Assembly: GCA_964016885.1 (NCBI GenBank)
Contig: OZ024741.1
Coordinates: 114,638,001-114,702,000, forward strand
DNA from: Eledone cirrhosa
Lineage: Eukaryota
DNA length: 64,000 bases
Reading direction: 5' to 3'
Shown: positions 25,504-38,216 of the stretch, in pieces
Position numbering within the stretch: position 1 is the stretch's first letter
How the letters are laid out: each line of letters opens with the position of its first letter
Translations under genes and position numbers: made by a program
The notes under the pieces: model-generated
Seen by the model: the letters and a program-made list of their open reading frames with translations, nothing else
The model's database searches: none
What the model was told of the DNA's origin: nothing

Positions 25504-28500
25504 GGCGACCTACGTAGTAAATCGAATCATCGTGAGCTCCGCAAAGGTTTGTTATTTTCAGTTGTTTAAATTGCCATTCATGGAAAATTTTTATTGTTAA
25601 CTGTATATAAGTGCACATACATTGTTATCTGAAAAGTGTTGCGAAAAGCCGATAACAGCCGCTGAAGTACGGGAGGCAATGACTGGCTGCACAAGGGGTA
25701 AATCGCCTGGTTTGGATGGTCTGTCCTATGAACTTTACGTACAGATGCCAGACTTGTTCGGAGGCCTCTTGGCGGACGTCTACTGCAACTGGCAACAGAA
25801 CGGGAGAATTCTCAGCTCTGAGAGCCAAGGAGCTGTGGCACTGCTGAGAAAGGATCCGAACAAGGGTGATAACATAGATAATTTCAGGCCCATAACTCTG
25901 CTAAACACAGAGTTCAAGATTTTGGCCAAGGTGCTAGAAAAGAGGTTGGCGCTTGTCGTTGGTGGTCTGGTCGGAGAGGCCCAGACATGCGCCATTCCCG
26001 ACAGATCCACGGCAACCTCCACCTCATGCGATACATCGTAGAGAGGGTAGCTAGGGAAACTGGCACGGGTGGGTCCTTGATCAATTTAGATCAGTCGAAA
26101 GCCTTCGATAGGGTCGACCATCGTTACCTAGCGGCAGTCCTGAGGGCGGCTGGCTTTGGGCCCGTCTTCAGAGGCTGGATCGTTGCCATGCACAGCAACA
26201 TCTGCTCTGTGGTGAGAGTAAACTGTCACCTTTCGGAACCGTTCAACATCATGCGCTCAGTCCGCCAAGGAAAGGATGTCCCCTCTCGTCCCTCTTGTAC
26301 GTATTGACTCTCGAGCCATTACTGCACAAACTGGAGACGTTGAGGGGGGTTCCGCGACAACCACCACCCCAACCACCACCGCGATAACATAAACAAAAGA
26401 AACAAATAAATTAACTCCTGATATCGAAATGAATTCAACCAAAATTAACTCTTCCACACCGAACACCACTGACGCCACCACCACCACAACTGAAACTAAA
26501 ATTAATAATAACAAAAATAACGATAACAACAACAGCAACAATGACATTAAGAAAACCACCCTGAGTTTTGCCAGAGTAGCAAAACAGTGCGAAGCATTTC
26601 AGGTAACTCTGGAGGAATTAGAAGAAGCCAAAAATATTATAAAGAAAGATGGGTACAGGGTCAGCCTCACCCCCCACCTAATAAAATGGAGCATCGGCGC
26701 CTATACACCGTGTCTTATCGAACAATTAATATAAAATCGCGCCGAGTGGAACGGGCATCTGAGTCCCAAATCCAAAAAGCTTTGGGACATGTGTGGGCAA
26801 AAAAACCCCACATCAGACGTGGGTAGAAATATGGAACCGTGGACGTGTTCTTTGAAACACCACAGGAGGCTAGAGAACACTCCATGGTCCCATTAAGAAG
26901 TGACAACTTCACACTCGTCCCAAGCTACTGTGGCCAGAGACTATTAAAGATCAGGGTCACCCACCTTCCACCGGCCATCGAAATTCCCTGGCTAATAGCT
27001 GCCGTCCTCGCCGGCATCGAAGCCAACACAAAGATAATCGAAATAGCGAAAGAAAAGCAGGAGAACTCGTCAGAATAGAGTCCATTAGGTTGAGTAAGGC
27101 GTTAGCAATAGAAAAAAATAGAGCAGAGGAGAATTAGTTAGAAAATTAGACGAGGCGCTTAGCAAAGGGATCGCGACCGACGTACTTGCGGCGAAATTGG
27201 CCCTTGACCAATTCTTCAATGCAAAGCACGAAGGCTGCGTTGTCAGAGCTAGGGTGCGTGCTCTCAGACACGAGGGGACGAAAGCCGTTCAATGGGGCCT
27301 AGTGGTGGAGGCGCGTCGTGGCAACAAAGCCACGATCCGGTCTTTGGTGCACCACGACGGGCGCATGCTACTCGATCCCGGGCAAATCTGTGTGAAGCTT
27401 TTCAGCGACACTTCGTACAGCTGTTCGGGGGCAGCGGTGGGCCGGATCGGGGGATGGACTTTAGTGTCTACCTCGACGGACTGCCGCGGCTCTCGGCCAC
27501 TGGGGCGGAGTGTTGCGAAAATCCGATAACAGCCGGTGAAGTACAGGAGGCAATGACTGGCTGCACAATGGGTAAATCGCCTGGTTTGGATGGTCTGCCC
27601 TATGAACTTTACGTACGGATGCCAGACTTGTTCGGAGGCCTCTTGGCGGACGTCTACTGCAACTGGCAACAGAACGGGAGAATTCCCAGCTCTGTGAGCC
27701 GAGGAGCTGTGGCGCTGCTGAGAAAGGATCCGAACAAGGGGGATAACATAGATAATTTTAGGCCCATAACTCTGCTAAACACAGAGTTCAAGATTTTGGC
27801 CAAGGTGCTAGAAAAGAGGTTGGCGCTTGTCGTTGGTGGTCTGGTGGGAGAAGCCCAGACATGCGCCATTCCCGACAGATCCATCCACGGCAACCTACAC
27901 CTCATGCGATACATCGTAGAGAGGGTAGCTAGGGAACCTGGCACGGGTGGGTCTTTGATCAATTTAGATCAGTCGAAAGCCTTCGATAGTGTCGACCATC
28001 GTTACCTAGCGGCAGTCCTGAGGGCGGCTGGCTTTGGGCCCGTCTTCAGAGGCTGGATCACTGCCATGCACAGCGACATCTGCTCTGTGGTGAGAGTGAA
28101 CGGTCACCTTTCGGAACCGTTCAACATCATGCGCTCGGTTCGCCAAGCATGTCCCCTCTCGTCCCTCTTGTACGTATTGACTCTCGAGCCATTACTGCAC
28201 AAACTGGAGACGTTGAGGGGGATACCGCGCGAACTAGGATGCGGAAGATCCGTGTCAGTATATGCGGAAGACGTCACCGTAGTGGTGTCGAACGCCAAAC
28301 ACATCGAGGCGATCGGCACTACACTAAGAGAATACGAAGCGGTAACAGGAGCAATGATCAACCAGGAAAAGTCAGTGGGCCTGCAGCTCGGCACCTGGAG
28401 AGGCAGGTCCATGCCGTCCAACAGCGTCGTCGGGCGCTGGACGGACGGACCGGTTAAATTGCTAGGGGTCTGGTTCGGTCCGAACCTCCCGACGGACAAA

Positions 28501-29870
28501 AACTAGGACGAGGTGACGAGCAGAGTGGCTTCTCACCCAGAAATGGGCGGAGAGAAAGCTATCCCTGAAAGGTCGAGCGAAGGTGGCTAACGCGTACATC
28601 GCACCCGTCATCTACTACCGCCTGACCGTCGTACCTTGTCCTAAGCCCCGCCTGACTGACTGGAGCGTTTGCTCTTTCGCTTTTTGTGGAAGGGACGCGC
28701 TCCGATGGTCAGGCGGTCCATCTGCTGTCAACACCCGCTACGTGGAGGGCTGGGCATGCCGTGGCTGATGATGCGCAGACACGCGCTCAGACTACGACAT
28801 CTCCACCTCTTCCTCGACGGTGATCAGGTGTGGTCGCCGTTTGCTAGACACGTCTTTCCCCAGCTCGTCTCCTTAACGGAGCTGCAGTCCTGGGTCAAGC
28901 GAAGACCGAGAGGGAGCGCTTGGAGACTGGAATGTCTTCAGGCGCTCACGGCCCTCGACCAATCGGGCAATGTGATCGGTGGAAACTCCACCTTGGCGTT
29001 CTATAGAGGATTAGTGGAGGGGAAGAGCGACGACGTACTTGGAGAAACTCTAGGCGTCGACGAAAATCAACTAGCCAATCTCTTCGGAAGGACTTTCGGG
29101 CCGGGGCCTATGGACAACTTCCAGAAATCCCTGGCCTGGCAGTGCTACCGAGGAGCTTTACCAGTTCGGGATAAACTCTACAGACACGGAGGTGCCGTCA
29201 GCCGGGCATGTCCGAGACGCGCGCAGGGCGACGAAACCGTCCTGCACGCACTCGTAAGGTGTTCGAGCATTGCTGACTTGTGGGTTTATGTCGAACACCT
29301 GCTGTCACGTGTAGGACGGATCCAGCTATCAGCTGAGTCCATCTATCAGCCTGCCCCACCCTCTTCCTTTAGCCGGGAAGGGCAGGCAGTTTTTATCTGT
29401 CTGGTGGCCATGGCGAAAGAGATAGTATGGTGGACACGTTTGAAAGGGCTGAAGACGAGCACTTACCTTTTCGGTGGTGCCCTGATTAATTTTTTCAAAT
29501 TTCATTTGAAAAGGAAAATCAGGGTAGGGAGGGAAGTGCTCTCTTCCCAGCATTTTGTTGAATGATGGGTGAGAGAAGCAAGTATGGCCCGAGTGAATGG
29601 GCCTACTCTGAGTATGTGTCTGTAAATTAAAGGTGGAAAACTGGGAGAGGGCACTTGCCCTGGTGGTCAGGGTCACTGTGGCCTTTTAATGGGCTTTCTC
29701 CACAAATGTCCTTCGGAAGTCTCCCCCCTATTGGGGAATTTTTCATTGTTATTTTTTATTACATCCTCTGTTTTTTTACACGCAGAAATGCCCATTTGTA
29801 CCGTCCTGTATTGTCCTGTACTGTCCTTAATGTCTACTTTATGTAAACCCATGTGGTTAATAAAGAAAGC
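25504..29870 (+). mobile_element. Tx1/L1-clade LINE (family 1), internally rearranged copy flanked by (TTA)n
   Basis: ORF2 RT motifs FRPITLLNTEFKIL and NLDQSKAFD, C-terminal ETVLHALVRC; 5'UTR shared with the copy at 29898; ends AATAAAGAAAGC+(ATT)n. Confidence 0.92.
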
Positions 29871-29897
29871 ATTATTATTATTATTATTATTATTATT

Positions 29898-32800
29898 GGC
29901 GACCTACGTAGTAAATCGTATCATCGTGAGCTCCGCAAAGGTTTGTTATTTCCGTTTGTAAAAAATTGCCATTTATGGAAAATTGTTATTGTTAACTATA
30001 TATAAGCGCACATACATTGTTTTCCGAAAAGGAGACCCAAAAAGATTGGGGCCTTGTGCCCAAAATTTAAACTTTTATGATTATCAAAAAATTTCTTTGA
30101 AAAAAAATGGCTAATTCACCTCTGCACCAAGCAGCTGAAAGCCTTCCTCACAAATTAACACCTCACACCGACACCACCATTGTAAATGTTACTACGTTTG
30201 CCAACACTAAAAAAAATATAAGCAGTAGCAATATTTTAAATTTGTCTCAGGCAAACATTCATTTCCCGCCATTACCAATGACTGCAGGTGTTAAAGCCTC
30301 CACCACCACCACCACCGCGACAACCACCACCCCCACCACTACCGCGACAACAGAAACAAATGAAAAAAATAAATTAACTCGTGATGTCGAAATGAAATCA
30401 AGCAAAATGGACTCTTCCCCACCAAACACGACTGACGTCACCACCACCACAACTGAAACTAAAATTAATAATAACAAAAATAACGATAACAACAACAGCA
30501 ACAATGACATTAAAAAAAAACACCCTGAGTTTTGCCAGAGTAGCAAAACAGTGCGAAGCATTTACGGTAACTCAGGAGGAATTAGAAAATGCCCCCAAAA
30601 TGGTAAAGAAAGATGGGTACAGGGTCAGCCTCACCCCCACCTAATAAAATGGAGCATCGGCGCCTATGCACCGTGTCGTACCGAACAATTAATGTAAAAT
30701 CGCGCCGAGTGGAACGGGCATCCGAGTTCCAAATCCAAAAAGCATTGGGACATGTGTGGGCAAGAAAAACCCACATCAGACATGGGCAGAAGTATGGAAC
30801 CGTGGACGTGTTCTTTGAAACACCACAGGACGCTAGAGAACACTCCATGGCCCCATTAAGAAGTGACGACTTCACACACGTCCCAAGCTATTGTGGCCAG
30901 AGACTCGTAAAGATCAGGGTGACCCACGTTCCACTGGCCATCGAAATTCCCTGGCTAATAGCGGCCGTCCTCGCCGGCATCGAAGCCAACACAAAGATAA
31001 TAACAATAGCAAAAGAAAAGCAGGAGAACTGGTCCGGATCTGGGATGGAGCTCCTGATCCAAGCGGACCAAAAAAGCATTGAGGAGATCCCAGAGGTAAT
31101 AGACCTCACTGACGGCAGCCACCTCACCGTAATTGTCGAGGGCAGAAGGCCTAGGTGTGTCGTTTGTGGTGAAAGAACCCAACCAAGGGCTTTCTGCCCT
31201 CAGGCTAAAAGGTTGAGGCCACCTCTCCTACCCACCCCAGTGACTCAACCATCAACACCACCAGTAGCAGAGATGGCAGCAACAACTGTAGCAGCAACAA
31301 CAGAAGCAACTATAACAGCAACAACCCCAGCAACAGTAGCAAAACCAACACCACCACCACCCAACGCGCCAGAACTAGCACCAGCGCCTACACCATCCAC
31401 CACGGCACAACCAAAACTAAAGCCTGTGGAGGATTTTCCACTCCCCGGCCTATCACAACTGGAGACAGATTGTGACGACGAGGAGTGGGAAACGGTATTA
31501 GGAAAAAAAAAGAAACCAAAAAAGAAAAAATTCTCTTCCTTCCCCCTCCAAAAACAAAATACAGAGGGAAACAAATAAATTAACAAACAAAAAGTTAGGA
31601 CAGATATGCCACCATCCACACCAGCATCACCAACCCCATCACCCCAAACACCAACACCATCACCATCATTAACCCCAACACCACCATCACCAACACAACA
31701 AAAGTCACCAAAATGCGAAACAGAAACAAACCCACAACAAACGCAAACAAAATAAAACAACCAAAACGATACACACTACACAGCATTAAATTTGAACAAG
31801 CAATTATTACACTACATCCAACACAACACCAGCATCACAGAAAAAGACTACACAACAACCCCAAAATTCACACCAGCTCCACACATACAAATCACTCGCA
31901 TCACACAGAAAACGTACATGACACTAAAACAAAAATTCCCCAAAGACATCGGAGACTTCCGACAAGCACTCTCCAGGAGGATTTATAAGGACATCCTTCC
32001 TGAGGAGGCCACAAGCAGTGAAAAGGATGGAAAAACCGTCCTTCCTCTACGAGAAGTAAGGTAAGTGGTCTTTCCCATCTTTTCCACTCCATTTCAACAT
32101 GACCTCACTCAGAATAGGCAGCATAAATGCGCGTGACTTGGGGTCGTCATGGAAGCAGGGCCACCTGCTCAACGACCTCAGGTCACTAAACATAGATGTA
32201 GTGGCCATCAGCGAGACCAGAATCTCCGAAGCACGGGCCTTTGCACCGATCTTCGGCGGCTACGATGTGTACGCATCTCCCAGCCGTCCGGGATCGGGGG
32301 TGGAGTTGCTGTGCTTTTTCGGAGAGGTTTGGATCTTGCCATACGGGCCATCTTCCTGGACCCAGAAGGTAAGTTGGTGGTGCTGGACGTGACCAGCGGA
32401 GACGGGCAAGCTTTCAGGTTAGTGGCCGTCTATGCCCCGACAGGAGCAGGGCGGCCTGATTTCTTCCGGCGTCTAGAGACCTTTCTTGGAACGTCCCGCT
32501 CTTTAGTGTTAGTGGGCGACTGGAACGGGATCTTAGATGCACGCTGGGATTGTGTAGGATTAGTGGATATGGAAGGAGGGTGCAAGAGTCTCACCAACCT
32601 GCTCAGGCGTTTTGAACTGTCTGACAGGTACCGATTGGATTTCCCGAATGTACCAATATGGACTTGGACAAATCGTATAGGGTCATCCAGATCATATCTA
32701 GATAGAGTATTTTGTAGGGAAATAGATAGGTCTAGCATAGGCTGTCCACAATTCAAGATAGTCAGCTACACGGACCACAAATTCGTGATCTGTGTGCTTG

Positions 32801-34573
32801 ACTTAGATAGGCTTCATAGACGAGGACCCGGCTACTGTAAGCTAAACGCGTCCTTACCAGCGCGCAAGGCCTACAGAGACCGGATTAGCGAACTAGTTAA
32901 GCGGGCGTTGACGGGGGCCATCGTCAACAACAAGTGGTGGTTTGCTCTGAAAAGAGCAATTAGAATAGAGTCCATTAGGTTTAGTAAGGCTTTAGCAATA
33001 GAGAAAAATAGAGCAGAGGGAGAACTAGTTAGAAAATTAGACGAGGCCCTTTGCAAAGGCATCGCGACCGACGTACTTGCGGCGAAATTGGCCCTTGACC
33101 AATTCTTCAATTCAAAGCACGAAGGCTGCGTTGTCAGAGCTAGGATGCGTGCTCTCAGACACGAGGGGACGAAAGCCGTTCAATGGGCCCGAGTGGCGGA
33201 GGCGCGTCGTGGCAACAAAGCCACGATCCGGTCTTTGGTGGACCACGACGGGCGCATGCTACTCGATCCCGGGAAAATGTGTGAAGCTTTTCAGCGACAC
33301 TTCGCTCAACTGTTCGGGGGAAGTGGCGGGCCGGATCGGGGGATGGACTTTAGTGTCTACCTCGACGGACTGCCGCAGCCACTGAGGCGGAGTGTTGCGA
33401 AAAGCCGATAACAGCGGCTGAGGTACGGGAGGCAATGACTGGCTGCACAAGGGGTAAATCGCCTGGTTTGGATGATCTGCCCTATGAACTTTACGTACAA
33501 ATGCCAGACTTGTTCGGAGGCCTCTTGGTGGACGTCTACTGCAACTGGCAACAGAACGGGAGAATTCCCAGCTCTGTGAGCCGAGGAGCGGTGGCGCTGC
33601 TGAGAAAGGATCAGAACAAGGGGGATAACATAGATAATTTTAGGCCCATAACTCTGCTAAACACAGAGTTCAAGATTTTGGCCAAGGTGCTAGCAAAGAG
33701 GTTGGCGCTTGTGGTTGGTGGTCTGGTGGGAGAGGCGCAGACATGCGCCATTCCCGACTGATCCATCCACGACAACCTCCACCTCATGCGATACATCGTA
33801 GAGAAGGTAGCTAGGGAACCTGGCACGGGTGGGTCTTTGATCAATTTAGATCAGTCGAAAGCCTTCGATAGGGTCGACCATCGTTACCTAGCGGCAGTCC
33901 TGAGGGCGGCTGGGCTTTGGGCCCGTCTTCAGAGGCTGGATCGCTGCCATGCACAGCGACATCTGTAGTGAGAGTGAACAGTCACCTTTAGGAACCGTTC
34001 AACATCATGCGCTCGGTCCCCCAAGGATGTCCCCTCTCGTCCCTATTGTACGTATTGACTCTCGAGCCATTACTGCACAAACTGGAGACGTTGAGGGGGG
34101 TCCCGCGCGAACTAGGATGCGGAAGATCCGCGTCAGCATATGCGGACGATGTCACCGTAGTGGTGTCGAACGCCAAACACATCGAGGCGATCGGCACTAC
34201 ACTAAGAGAATACGAAGCGGTGACAGGAGCAATGATCAACCAGGAAAAGTGAGTGGCCCTGCAGCTCGGCACCTGGAGAGGCAGGTCCATGCCGTCCAAC
34301 AGCGTCGTCGGGCGCTGGACGGACGGACCGGTTAAATTGCTAGGGGTCTGGTTCGGTCCAGACCTCCAGACGGACAAAAACTGGGACGAGGTGACGAGCA
34401 GAGTGGCTTCTCTCACCCAGAAATGGGCGGAGAGAAAGCTATCCCTGAAAGGTCGAGCGAAGGTGGCTAACGCGTACATCGCGTTCGTCATCTACTACCG
34501 CCTGACCGTCGTACCTTGTCCTAAGCCCCGCCTGACTTGCGCTGGAGCGTTTGCTCTTTCGCTTTTTGTGAAG
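29898..34573 (+). mobile_element. Tx1/L1-clade LINE (family 1): 5'UTR, ORF1 (30107-32064), ORF2 from 32099; 3' end replaced by RTE
   Basis: ORF1 with a CX2CX4-knuckle remnant (RCVVCGERTQPRAFC). ORF2 APE motifs (SINAR, SETR, VYAP, GDWN, SYLDR, TDH) and RT (QGCPLS, YADD). Multiple frameshifts. Confidence 0.93.
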
Positions 34574-36890
34574 ATTTCCTCAATCTCATTCCAGAAAGTC
34601 CTGTGAAAGTAGCTCTCGCAGAACCTCCGACGCTTGTGGAGGTTGTAGTGGCTATCTTGAAGCAGAATAGTGGAAGGTCTCCATTATGGATGGCATACAT
34701 GCTGAGCTCCTACAATATGGTGGTGAGAGACTTCTGCAACATCTTCACTCTTTGTTTGGCGGGATATGGGCTAATGAATCCGTACCTGAGGACTGGAGAG
34801 ATGCAGTAATGGTGGTCTTGTACAAGGGAAAGGGTAACAGGAATGATTGTGGGAACTACAGAGGTATATCATTGCTTTCTGTCGTAGGGAAAGTTTTATG
34901 TTGGGTGCTTCTGGACCGTCTGCTGACACACATTGTAGATTGTGTTCTTCCTGAAAGTCAATCTGGTTTTCGTGCTGGACGCGGCACTACTGATATGATC
35001 TTCTCAGCTAGACAGCTCCAGGAGAAGTGCATGGAACAAGGTTTGGATCTGAATCAGGTTTTTGTCGATCTGACAAAAGCTTTCAATACTGTTAACAGAG
35101 ATGCATTATGGAAGGTTCTCCAGAAACTTGGTTGCCCTGATAAGTTCCTTGCTTTAGTTAGGTGTCTTTCCATGACGACATGAAGGCATGGGTTAATGTC
35201 GGAGGTAACATGTCGGAGCCTATCTCAGTAAAAAATGGAGTGAAACAGGGGGATATTCCAGCACCGACCCTGTTTGCCATATACTTTGCAATGGTTTTCT
35301 GTATTGCATTCAGGAATTGCGAGCATGGTGTTTACATCCGATATCGAACCTCAGGCAGAATATTTAACATCAGGCGCTTTGCTGCAAAGACAAAAGTATT
35401 TACATCAATCATAAGAGACCTCTTGTATGCAGATGATTGCGATCTTGTAGCGCACACAGAGAGTGATATGCAGCACATTTTGAATGCATTTTCTGACGCT
35501 TGCACTGCCCTAGGATTGACTGTCAGTCTCAAGAAAACCGTCGTCATGTACCAACCTGCCCCTGGTAAGCAGTACACTGAACCAAATATCTATGTGTATG
35601 GTAAACGACTTGGAGTGGTTGATCAGTTTGTCTACCTGGGAAGCACTGTCAATCGATACGGTAACCTTGACAGTGAAATCTCACTTAGGATTAGGAAAGC
35701 AAGTGATGCTTTCGGAAAGCTAAAAAGGCGACTCTGGGGTCGGTGAGACATATGCAGGAGGACAAAGGTAAAGGTGTACAAGGCATGTGTGCTCTCTTCA
35801 CTTCTTTATGCCTGCGAGACCTGGGTCACATATCGACACCACCTTAAGCAAATGGAGCGTTTCCATCAGATGTGTCTCAGACGGATCCATGGCGTTCACT
35901 GGAGGGACTACATCAGTGATGTCGAGATTTTGGAAAGCTCTATGTGTGACAGTATAGAAGCTCTTGTGCTTAAGCAACGACTCCGTTGGCGTTGTCACCT
36001 TGCCAGGATGAAGGATTCTAGAATACCAAAACAAAAGTTGGTTAAAGGAAAACGACCGCCACATAAACCCCAAAAGAGGTATAAGGATTCCTTGAAAGCC
36101 TCTTTGAAAGACGCTAACATCTCTGCTGATACAGGGGAAAATATTGTTGCTGATCGTAATAAATGGAGAAAGACTGTATATGAGTGGAAAGTTGCCTTTG
36201 AAGCATCTCGAATCGCATACGAGAAAGTAAAGCGGGATGTGAGGAAGGGCATTGCTATTTCACTTCCAGACGGTGAGGATCCTCCTATGGTGCTGACATG
36301 CAGCGTCTGTGCGAGACTCTGCCTAAGCAAAGCTGGACTCGAAAGTCATCTTCGCAGTCATAAAGTAAGACCAGTGGTTGACTACCAGGCTGCTGTTGGA
36401 GATGATACTCATCATGCTTGCCAAACATGTGGTAGAGAATGTAGATCAGCAGGAGGGCTCAAGCGACATGCAAAAGTACATGAACTCCAACCACAGCCAG
36501 CTATTCCTAGTGAATGTTTTGGTTGCCGACTCTGTGCAAGACATTTTAGATCATTGGCTGGGCTAAAAAGCCATATTCGATCGCAGAGCTGTTAGTTGCT
36601 ATCGTCTGTGTGTATGTGTACAGATATGTTTATATGTGTACGTGTGTGTGTATATATATATGTATATGTATATTATTATTGTTGTTGTTGTCGTTATTAT
36701 TATTATTATTGTTATTAATGTATATGTGTGTATGTATATATATGTGTGTATGTATGTATGTGTATGTATATATATATATATATATATTTCTTTATTTTCT
36801 TTTCTTTTCTTTTTTATTTATTTATTATTATTATTTTTTTTTCTCCTCGTGCAATGGCCATACTCGATAACGAGGGGGCAGCCATCATGT
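34574..36890 (+). mobile_element. 5'-truncated RTE-clade LINE with three C-terminal C2H2 zinc fingers and (TATG)n tail
   Basis: NYRGISLLS, LPESQSGFR, FVDLTKAF, GVKQG, LLYADD, YLGS; ORF 35774-36595 has three CX2CX12H motifs. Confidence 0.92.
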
Positions 36891-36911
36891 ATGTATGTAT
36901 GTATGTTATAT

Positions 36912-37250
36912 CAACCCTGATGGTATCCAATGATGTTGACTTGTTATTCTTTTTGGTAAACATCATCTTGGTTAAGAGAGTGGGACTGGCTTTGTTCAGT
37001 GCCTTTGCTCACTATAAAAGCTTCACAGCACAGGCATTGCTTTATATCTGGAGATCTCTCTACACTTGTCGTCACATGGTACCATGGGCCCAGCACTATA
37101 TGTCAATAATTGTCACAAGTGTAGTGTTTGTACCAGAGTTTTCAAGTCGTTGGCTGGACTAAAAGTCACACTCGTTCAGCGCATCAGTAGGGGTTCTCCT
37201 ACATGGATATAATGTCGTGGCCGTACTCGAAAACGAGTTGGCAGCCACCA
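36912..37250 (+). mobile_element. Non-autonomous bipartite RTE derivative (5'-truncated), (TATG)n tail
   Basis: Near-identical to 58212-58727 and 60183-60759; 3' end homologous to the RTE terminus at 36851-36890. Confidence 0.85.
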
Positions 37251-37360
37251 TGTATGTATGTATGTATGTATGTATGTATGTATGTATGTATGTATGTATG
37301 TATGTATGTATGTATGTATGTATGTATGTATGTATGTGCGTATGTGCGTATGTATGTATA

Positions 37361-38135
37361 TGTTCTTCTGGTTTTATAATTTCACAAATTTTTGCCAATA
37401 GAGAGAGAGTCGGTTTCTAACATAGATACAAGACTCTCTCATTGGAATTTACACATCAACTAGGTAGAAGATATCTATGCATGTCTGCATGCATGCATGC
37501 ATGCATGTGTGTGCAGTTATTGATGTTATTGTATGTGTGGATGTGGATCTTTTGAGTTGTATGTGTGCATGTGCATATGCTTTGTGACTGTAAATGTGAA
37601 TATGCAGTTATTAGATGCAGAATGTTTGGAATGTTTTACATATTTTTACTGTTCCATTAATGGATTGTACTTGTAATTTCCTAACTAGTTGTGTTCTTTC
37701 TGTTCCCGTGAAGCCCAGCTTCTCAAGATTTGTATTGAGGCAATTACTAATATATCCCAGTGCCCCAATAATCACAGGCATAAATCTGAAGGTATAGTTA
37801 GGGTGGAGTATCTGCAGATGTTTCTCCTTTTCGCTAATCCTTGATATTATATTGGCATCTGCTGGGCAGCTAACTTCCACTACTGTGCATGCCTTCTTTT
37901 CCCTGTCCCATATCATTATATCTGGTCTGTTATGCCTGCATTTTATTGGGTTTTTACTGGAACACTCCACCAGTATTCTTTCGTATTATGTATATGTATG
38001 TCTTCCACATTGCTGTAGCTTTTAATGTGTTTATTATCGGGCTATCTTTTCTACGGATTGCATTGTACAGTGTTTTGGCCACTACATCATGCCTCATGGG
38101 TAGATAGTACCGCGATGACATCTTTGGACAGCTGC
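37361..38135 (-). mobile_element. R4/Dong family A 3' fragment (RLE domain + 3'UTR) between (TATG)n tracts
   Basis: ORF 37611-37970 RPDIMIWD..EVSCP; 3'UTR matches 21102-21336. Confidence 0.9.
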
Positions 38136-38216
38136 TTATGTATGTATGTATGTATGTATGTATGTATGTATGTAGGTATGTATGTATGTATGTATGTATG
38201 TATGTATGTACGTATG

